DNA of 31,619 bases from Candidatus Aenigmatarchaeota archaeon (GTDB lineage: Archaea > Aenigmatarchaeota > Aenigmatarchaeia > QMZS01): contig JAGGTL010000056.1 of the NCBI GenBank assembly GCA_021163805.1, positions 1 to 31,619 on the forward strand, written 5' to 3'. Numbering within the stretch: the stretch's first letter is position 1; the number at the start of each line of letters is the position of its first letter. Below, in pieces: positions 25,305 to 31,619 of this stretch. Under the pieces are notes generated by a model. That model ran no database searches and was not told the origin of the DNA. It saw only the letters and a list, made by a program, of their open reading frames with translations. The position numbers were made by a program, and so were the translations under genes.

Positions 25305-28300
25305 TTAGCCACACGCAGAATATCCGCAACTCCTGCAGATTTTACAACCTTCTTCCCTGACCATTTTTGCACCGCAATTCGGACATATATCATCATCTGA
25401 TTCTCTCTCTTCTTTTTTTCCATTAGAATAAAAATTAATAACCTGTTCTTCTCTACTTCCGTCCCGATAAATTGTTATTCCCTTGCATTTCATTTTCCAT
25501 GCAAGCATATAAATTTTTTCAACATCCTGTATTGTTGCCGAATTTGGCAGATTAATTGTCTTGCTTACGGCGTTATCTGTATATCTCTGGAAGGCAGCCT
25601 GAATCCTTAAATGCCATTCTGGAGAGATGTCATGGGCAGAAACAAATATTCTTCTTATATCTGCAGGTATTTCTTCAATATTCTGGATTGATGCCTTGCC
25701 GGCAACTTTTCTTATTATCTTTTCATTATATAAACCCTTTTCTCTTAAAATTTTCTCAAATAATTGATTTGTCTCAACAAGATTTTCTCCCAACGAATTC
25801 GCAACATTTCTCATGTATGAAATTGCAAAGAGTGGCTCCACACCCGCAGAACAGTTAGCTATAATTCCTATTGTTCCAGTAGGAGCAATCGTCGTAACAG
25901 TTGCGTTTCTCATATGTTTCTCATTTCTCCAGATTGATTTCTTAAAATTTGGAAAGTTGCCTTTCTCCCTTCCAAGTTCTCTTGATTTATTCCTTCCAGT
26001 TTCCGTAATAAATTTCATTATATTGGAAGCGATTTCTTCTGCCTTTTCCGAATTATAAGGTACTCCAAGAAGAATTAATAAGTCCGCAAAACCCATAACT
26101 CCAAGTCCAATTTTTCTATTTGCTTTCGTTGCTTTATCTATCTCTTTGATTGGAAAAGTATTTATATCTATTACATTATCCAAAAAATGAACGGCTACTT
26201 CCACCGTTTCCTTTAATTTCTTCCAGTCAATTTCATATCCTTCTCCAGTTTTTTTAACCATTTTTGATAAATTTATTGAGCCGAGATTGCAGGATTCATA
26301 AGGCAAGAGAGGTTGTTCCCCGCAATTATGAGTTATAATTCCCTGACAAATCATCGAATGAGAGAAAGGTTCTGTTAAATCATAAACTTTCTTTTTACCA
26401 ACAAATTCCACTTTTGCAACTCTTTCTTCGAATTTATCAGAATAGTATATTCCATTTAGTTTCTGTATTTTTTCTTTGTGTTTGCAAAGAAAACCGACTT
26501 TTTCTAAAAATATCTGGATATCTTCTTCGCCGATAATTAACTCAAACAAAATATCATACGTACTACTTGTTCGTATTTCTTCATTTTTAATATTATAACA
26601 AAATAAATTTTTTTTGCTTTCCTCATTTCCATTACAGATTCTCGATTTAATTCCCAGATTCAATAATAAGAGTTGGACTCCTTTTAGCAATTTCTCCGAT
26701 TTTGAAGTCAATTTTATACAATGATTTTTGAAGGGTTTATGAAGTTCAATAGTGCCATTTGCAGAAAACAAACCTTGCAGAAACCCAATAACCGCCTCTC
26801 TTGGAGCAATAAAAATACTATTCGGAACTTCTCTTTTATCTGCTTCCTCTGATTTAATTCCCAATTTTTTAAAAAATTCAACAAACTTTTTGGAATAATG
26901 GAATAAATGACAAACTCCGTTTTCTTCCTCTACTTCCCGTATATTAAAGCCACACCATTGAACAAGTATATTTTTAAAATAGTCCTTCTCTTCTTTATCT
27001 TCCCTCAAAAAAGTAAATTCAACACAATAATTACCTTTATCTCTTAACCAGCCGTTTCCAATAAGTCGTCCCAAAACTTGTCCAAGTTCTTTAGACCAGA
27101 TTTTTGGAAAATTATTATTATCGGTATTTTTTACACAAAAAGGCAAACAAGGATTGTCATTAAATTTTCCTTCTCCGGATTGAATTAAAATCTTCTTATC
27201 CAAACAATTTCTTGTTTCCACCCATCCTTCTGTTGTCAAAATTTTATGGTCTCCAGTCGCTTCCAATTCATATCCAGACTCTGTTATCAATTTATAAACT
27301 TTTTTAATCCCGCTGCAAAAGGCTCTTGAGATTCGATTAAATGAAATCCCCGCTCCTTTTCTTTGCATCAGATAAATATTTCCTCTTTTGTCGGTAATCT
27401 CAATGGGAACTCTATTATCCGTTGCTATCTTTAAGCCACCATTGGGATATTTTTCAGCTAAATCTTTCATTTTTACAAACCCCCGCTCCGTAGAAACAAA
27501 AATATCTCCCGTGATGCAAGGATTGGTTGCTTCCATTTCTCGTTCTGGAGTCGGATTATGCCTGTTAATTTCATCCAGAAAAACCAATCCGGGATCTCCA
27601 TTTTTCCATGCAAAAGTTGCAATCAAAGAAAAAACTTTTCTCGCATTTAATTTTCCGGCAACTTCTTTAGTTCTTGGATTTATCAATTCATAATCTTCTC
27701 CTTTTTCAACGCACTCCATAAATTTGTCTGTTACTCCAACGGAGAGATTAAAGTTCGTTATCTCTTTTTCATTTTCTTTGCAGGATATAAATTCAAGTAT
27801 ATCTGGATGATCAACTCTAAGAATCCCCATATTTGCACCGCGACGTTTTCCTCCCTGTTTTATAACTTCAGTGGTAATATTAAAAACCCTCATAAAGGAT
27901 ATGGGGCCGCTTGCCTGTCCCATGGTTGAATGCACAATATCATTTTTTGGCCTTAATCTGGAAAAACTGAATCCAGTTCCTCCTCCAGATTTTTGGACGA
28001 TGGCCATGTTTTTTACAGCATCAAAAATGCCTTCTATTGAATCTGGAACCGGAAGCACGAAACATGCCGAAAGAGAAAGATCATTATTTGCTCCCGCATT
28101 AAACAGAGTTGGGGAATTTGGTATGAATTCTAAATTAGCCATCAGATTATAAAATTTTCTCGCAGTTTTTTTAATTTCTTCTTCACGATAACCATATTTT
28201 TTATCGGCTTCTGCAACGGCATTTGCAACTCTTTTAAAAAGTTGTTTTGGCGTTTCTATTATTTCTCCCCTCTCATTTTTCTGCAAATATCTTGCTTTCA

Positions 28301-28652
28301 ACACCTTCAAAGAATTTATTGGCAGTTTCAAATCATCTTCTACGCCAAGTACAGATTTGGCTTCTCTAATTTCTTTTCTTTTTTGTCTGTATAATATATA
28401 AGATTTCGCAACATCGGCGAGATTATTTTTTATCAGGATTTCTTCAACGGTGTCTTGTATCTCCTCAACATTTAAAATATTTCCATCATATTTCTTTTCT
28501 AATTCAACTACGATCTGTTCGACAAATTCATTCAGTTTTTCTTCATCTTCTTTTCCAACAGATAGAAATGCTTTGTGAATTGCATTTTTTATTTTATTTT
28601 TATTAAAGGAGACAATCCTGCCATCCCTTTTTCTGACTTTTGAAATCTCCAT
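25305..28652 (-). CDS. nrdJ: Class II (adenosylcobalamin-dependent) ribonucleotide reductase with ATP cone, intein-containing
   Basis: ATP cone VRKRDGRIVSF, NSPTLFNAG, SACFV, GGGTGFSFSRLR, RRGANM, ATNP/CGEQPL split by the intein, ESCNLGSINL, TIAPTGT, KGITIYRDGSR, and a C-terminal CxxC/CxxC ribbon. No YY pair and no nrdB nearby. Confidence 0.95.
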   Translation of the reverse strand: MEISKVRKRDGRIVSFNKNKIKNAIHKAFLSVGKEDEEKLNEFVEQIVVELEKKYDGNILNVEEIQDTVEEILIKNNLADVAKSYILYRQKRKEIREAKSVLGVEDDLKLPINSLKVLKARYLQKNERGEIIETPKQLFKRVANAVAEADKKYGYREEEIKKTARKFYNLMANLEFIPNSPTLFNAGANNDLSLSACFVLPVPDSIEGIFDAVKNMAIVQKSGGGTGFSFSRLRPKNDIVHSTMGQASGPISFMRVFNITTEVIKQGGKRRGANMGILRVDHPDILEFISCKENEKEITNFNLSVGVTDKFMECVEKGEDYELINPRTKEVAGKLNARKVFSLIATFAWKNGDPGLVFLDEINRHNPTPEREMEATNPCITGDIFVSTERGFVKMKDLAEKYPNGGLKIATDNRVPIEITDKRGNIYLMQRKGAGISFNRISRAFCSGIKKVYKLITESGYELEATGDHKILTTEGWVETRNCLDKKILIQSGEGKFNDNPCLPFCVKNTDNNNFPKIWSKELGQVLGRLIGNGWLRDKGNYCVEFTFLREDKEEKDYFKNILVQWCGFNIREVEEENGVCHLFHYSKKFVEFFKKLGIKSEEADKREVPNSIFIAPREAVIGFLQGLFSANGTIELHKPFKNHCIKLTSKSEKLLKGVQLLLLNLGIKSRICNGNEESKKNLFCYNIKNEEIRTSSTYDILFELIIGEEDIQIFLEKVGFLCKHKEKIQKLNGIYYSDKFEERVAKVEFVGKKKVYDLTEPFSHSMICQGIITHNCGEQPLLPYESCNLGSINLSKMVKKTGEGYEIDWKKLKETVEVAVHFLDNVIDINTFPIKEIDKATKANRKIGLGVMGFADLLILLGVPYNSEKAEEIASNIMKFITETGRNKSRELGREKGNFPNFKKSIWRNEKHMRNATVTTIAPTGTIGIIANCSAGVEPLFAISYMRNVANSLGENLVETNQLFEKILREKGLYNEKIIRKVAGKASIQNIEEIPADIRRIFVSAHDISPEWHLRIQAAFQRYTDNAVSKTINLPNSATIQDVEKIYMLAWKMKCKGITIYRDGSREEQVINFYSNGKKEERESDDDICPNCGAKMVREEGCKICRSCGYSACG
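26325..27518 (-). mobile_element. Intein (398 aa, residues 379-776) with LAGLIDADG homing-endonuclease domain
   Basis: Block A CITGDIFVSTERG, block B ATGDH, block C LGRLIGNGW, block E FLQGLFSANG, block F VYDLT, block G IITHN followed by C+1. Excision restores ATNPCGEQPL. Confidence 0.96.
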
Positions 28653-28717
28653 TTTATAATTTAGAAAAGATTTAATATATTGGTTATCAATATTTTTGAT
28701 GGATTGAACAATACAAA

Positions 28718-28731
28718 TTTATATATATAAA
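28718..28731. promoter_or_regulatory. Palindromic TATA-like element TTTATATATATAAA, candidate bidirectional promoter (nrdJ and micro-ORF)
   Basis: Self-complementary, 28-41 bp upstream of ATG 28759 and about 66 bp upstream of nrdJ. Confidence 0.4.
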
Positions 28732-28758
28732 AAAAACAAATTAATATTAGGTGTGAAA

Positions 28759-28854
28759 ATGGCAGCAAAGAAAAAAAATGTGAAGAGCAATACAGAATCA
28801 ACAAAATCTAAATCAACAAAATCCAAGGAAAAAAAATCAAAAAAGAAAAAATAA
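28759..28854 (+). CDS. 31-aa Lys/Ser-rich basic micro-protein
   Basis: MAAKKKNVKSNTESTKSKSTKSKEKKSKKKK*, with SD-like AGGTGTGA just upstream, a TATA-like element further upstream and a T-rich tract downstream. Not in the ORF track. Confidence 0.55.
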   Translation: MAAKKKNVKSNTESTKSKSTKSKEKKSKKKK

Positions 28855-28886
28855 TTTTTTGTTTTTAGTTTTATTTTTGTTATTTA

Positions 28887-30782
28887 TTATCCAACAAATT
28901 TTATCTGTTTTGAAATTTCTCTCTGGACTGGTAAAGGTCTGTAAGGCATTCCTTCTGTTTGATCTCTGATAAATTTTATTAATTCTGGAAGTTTCATTTT
29001 TTTCATCTCTCCTGTATTCCTGAATCTTACTGGCAATTCTCCATTTAATTCCTTCTCTCCCAAAACAATAATCAGGGGAACCCAATTAATTTCGGCGTCC
29101 CTGATTTTTTTCTGGATGCTCTCCGTTCTATCATCTACTTCAACCCTGATATTTTCTTTTTCTAATTTATCCGCAATTTCATTTGAAAATTTTAGATACT
29201 TGTCAGAAACCGGGCATAATCTGACTTGTGCAGGAGAAAGCCATAAAGGAAAAACGGGATTCTTTCCGTTTTTCTGTTCCACATAGGCTTTTTCAAGCAG
29301 AGCATATATAACTCTCTCTATTGCTCCGCTTGGAGAAAGATGTAAAATTACCGGATGTTGCTTTTTTCCCTCCTTGTTTATAAAATTGATGTCGTAAGTT
29401 ATGGCATTTTCTACATCAAACTGATCCGTTGTTAAAGTCGCCGCCTTATCAAGAGCATCGATAAAATTCCATTCATATTTAAACACAAAATAAAAGAATC
29501 TGTCTTCCCAGATTTCAACAAGCACTGGTTTTCCAATCTTTTTAATAAAATTGTGAACAAAATCCTTATTTTTCTCGTAGAAATCTTTTACAATTCTAAT
29601 TGCAAATTCAAAATCGTTTTCAATAGTCAAACCGAGCCCTTTCTGAATTTCTTTCGAAAGTTCAAATCTGATCATCATTTCTGATTTTGCCTGTTCCATA
29701 TCTGAACACAGAGCATGGCAGTCGGGCATTGTAAAACATCTCAACCTTTTTAAACCGGCAAGTTCTCCCCTCTGCTCAACTCTGAAACTGTATTTTGTCA
29801 TCTCGTATAATCTTAGAGGCAAATTTCTGTAAGAAATATTTGCATCATGAGCAATTAAAAACTGGCCAAAGCAGGCGGCAAATCTCAAAAAAACTTTTTT
29901 ATTTGGTGTTTCAAGTATGTATTGTCTTGCCGGAAATCTGTTCAGATATTTTTTTAAGGTTTTGTGATTAAAATCGTACATTATTGGTGTTTCCACTTCC
30001 ATTGCACCGTACTTCAATGTTTTCATTGTTACGAATTCTTCTATCAAGGATTTTATTAATTTTCCCTTCGGATAAAACCTGAAATTCCCTGGGTCGCTTG
30101 CGGGTTCGTAATCTGCAAGTTCAAGTTTTCTCATAAGTTTTATGTGCGGAGGCTCTTTATCAACAAGCCTATTTTTTTGCATTTCATATTTTACCAGTTT
30201 CTCAAGCTTTTTATATTCTGAAAAATTAAATCCGTTTATCTTTCCATTTTCCAGTTTTATTTCATTTATTTTGCCGTCCGGTTCAAAAATATAAAATCTG
30301 GACTTTAATCTTTCCTCTTTTTTTAAAGCCTCTGGAATTTCCTCTTCTTTTTTCTCGGTGACGACCCGGCTCAACTCCGATAAGGGATGTCCTTTGCATT
30401 CAATTCTAAAACTTTTATAAAAACCAAATGGAACTTTATAAACTTCAAATTCGGATTTCAGTTTTTCTTCGAGTTTTTTTTCAATTTTCAGGGCAATTTC
30501 TTTTGATGCTGGCTCGCTTCCAAAGAGCAAGTGAACATAAGGATAAAGAACAATCTTTTTCTCCTTTATCTGCTCCGCGACCTCTTTGATTTCTTTAAAG
30601 GAATTCTCAACTATTTTTTCAATATTTTCATCCTTTTTTTCATCCTTTTTTTCGGAAACCCAGAAAACAACCAAACATTCTCCGATTTTTCCCTCTTTAT
30701 CTTTCGGCATTTCAACATCTTTCAATGCTTTTTTTGTTATTTTATATTCCAATTTATTTGAGTGAATTAACAGGAGCCTCAT
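28887..30782 (-). CDS. thrS: Threonine--tRNA ligase, archaeal type with N-terminal DTD-like editing domain
   Basis: MRLLLIHS, YPYVHL, PFGFYKSFRIECKGHPLSELSR (archaeal editing domain), LRFAACFGQF, FRVEQRGEL, FTMPDCH, LHLSPSGAIER, PLWLSPAQVR. Confidence 0.97.
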   Translation of the reverse strand: MRLLLIHSNKLEYKITKKALKDVEMPKDKEGKIGECLVVFWVSEKKDEKKDENIEKIVENSFKEIKEVAEQIKEKKIVLYPYVHLLFGSEPASKEIALKIEKKLEEKLKSEFEVYKVPFGFYKSFRIECKGHPLSELSRVVTEKKEEEIPEALKKEERLKSRFYIFEPDGKINEIKLENGKINGFNFSEYKKLEKLVKYEMQKNRLVDKEPPHIKLMRKLELADYEPASDPGNFRFYPKGKLIKSLIEEFVTMKTLKYGAMEVETPIMYDFNHKTLKKYLNRFPARQYILETPNKKVFLRFAACFGQFLIAHDANISYRNLPLRLYEMTKYSFRVEQRGELAGLKRLRCFTMPDCHALCSDMEQAKSEMMIRFELSKEIQKGLGLTIENDFEFAIRIVKDFYEKNKDFVHNFIKKIGKPVLVEIWEDRFFYFVFKYEWNFIDALDKAATLTTDQFDVENAITYDINFINKEGKKQHPVILHLSPSGAIERVIYALLEKAYVEQKNGKNPVFPLWLSPAQVRLCPVSDKYLKFSNEIADKLEKENIRVEVDDRTESIQKKIRDAEINWVPLIIVLGEKELNGELPVRFRNTGEMKKMKLPELIKFIRDQTEGMPYRPLPVQREISKQIKFVG

Positions 30783-30848
30783 AAATTTAGATTTTTTTTA
30801 TTTTATCTTATAACCCAATTGATAAATTGTTTGCAAGTTTTCTTTTCC

Positions 30849-31166
30849 TTATCGACCAAAAGGAAATCTTTCTCTGCATCTTTTTCCACATTCTTCCGCT
30901 CCCATGGTTTTATTTAGATAATACAACCGGCAGGCGGTAAGCAGACTGTCTGGACTCGCATCTCCATTTATATCTCCGATCATAATGCTATCTGTTGATT
31001 GATTTGTCTGTATATATATTTTACATCCTTTATTTAGAGCATTTTCATATTTCGCCGAAACGAGAGGTTTTGTTCCAGTAATAAATAGATAAGATAATAA
31101 GACCAGTACCAAAATAGCGAGGGCAATTATAATTACAGAATTTACGGATAAATTAATCCCCTTCAT
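30849..31166 (-). CDS. Pilin-like protein with class III-like signal peptide
   Basis: MKG-INLSVNSVIIIALAILVLVLLSYLF followed by a small domain with four Cys. Confidence 0.7.
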   Translation of the reverse strand: MKGINLSVNSVIIIALAILVLVLLSYLFITGTKPLVSAKYENALNKGCKIYIQTNQSTDSIMIGDINGDASPDSLLTACRLYYLNKTMGAEECGKRCRERFPFGR

Positions 31167-31387
31167 TTATTAAATAGTATAATAATTATTTAGATTAATT
31201 AACGATTAATTAACACTTATCTTTCCATGAAGCTAATCTTTCTTAACTATGCCAACAGAATTGCTTATCATCTTCTTATTCTTACCATCCATTTCTCTTT
31301 TTTTCTTATATGCCGAAATTTGTTTCAAAGGCAGTTTGATATCTTTTTTGTTTTTCTCAATAAATATAAAATAGTGAGCCACTAATT

Positions 31388-31619
31388 ATGGCGGATATAA
31401 TTATTGTTGGTGGCGGACCGGGAGGTTCTGCAACGGCAAAACATTTAGCAGAAAAAGGTTATGATGTTGTTCTCTATGAGAAAAGGCAGGAAATTGGAGC
31501 TCCAAAAAGATGCGCCGAAGGAATTTCTCTTGGAGGTCTTGAAAGATTAAAATTAAATCCTCCAGCAAACTGCATAAGGCAGAAAATAAACGGTGCGAGA
31601 ATTTATGCTCCAAATGGAA
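31388..31619 (+). CDS. Geranylgeranyl reductase family FAD-dependent oxidoreductase, 3' truncated by window edge
   Basis: MADIIIVGGGPGGSATAKHLAEKGYDVVLYEKRQEIGAPKRCAEGIS: Rossmann GxGxxG plus the GGR-type P-x-R-C-A-E-G motif. Not in the ORF track. Confidence 0.88.
   Translation, partial: MADIIIVGGGPGGSATAKHLAEKGYDVVLYEKRQEIGAPKRCAEGISLGGLERLKLNPPANCIRQKINGARIYAPNG

Noticed and set aside
31227-31385. 52-aa + strand ORF (and a similar-length minus-strand frame) between the pilin-like gene and GGR
   Set aside because: No motif or SD, and it overlaps the expected divergent promoter region. The two opposing frames are equally weak.
1-31619. Search for tRNA, rRNA, CRISPR arrays, transposases, reverse transcriptases and alternative genetic code
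   Set aside because: No GC-rich structured RNA segment, regularly spaced repeat array or IS/RT motif was seen by eye. Conserved genes translate full length under the standard code. A covariance-model scan (tRNAscan-SE, Infernal/Rfam) would be needed to exclude small AT-rich RNAs.

Overview
Low-GC, gene-dense archaeal chromosomal window. The archaeal assignment rests on archaeal-type ThrRS, GluRS, ATP-dependent DNA ligase, SHMT, Pus10-like protein and class III signal peptides. Compact spacing and many pilin-like orphans suggest a DPANN lineage, but this is inference. In order: 3' end of an Mrr-like endonuclease; a convergent HicB/HicA pair; DUF763; a type IV pilus/Tad locus (CBS-winged-helix gene, ATPase, two membrane platform proteins, flanking pilin-like genes); a COG1672-type ATPase; a Pus10 homologue lacking its catalytic Asp; orphan genes; glyA; gltX; a processive GT2 with a thioredoxin-fold partner; two tandem membrane paralogues; a CBS+HPF-like putative hibernation factor; an AmmeMemoRadiSam radical SAM enzyme; a flippase; DNA ligase; class II RNR with a 398-aa intein at the catalytic Cys; thrS; a pilin-like gene; and the 5' end of a geranylgeranyl reductase. 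Two micro-ORFs below the ORF-track cutoff were read from the DNA: an AlaRS-helix-like 35-mer and a 31-aa Lys/Ser-rich peptide. No rRNA, tRNA, CRISPR array or transposase was seen. All family calls come from motif recognition by eye, with no database searches.
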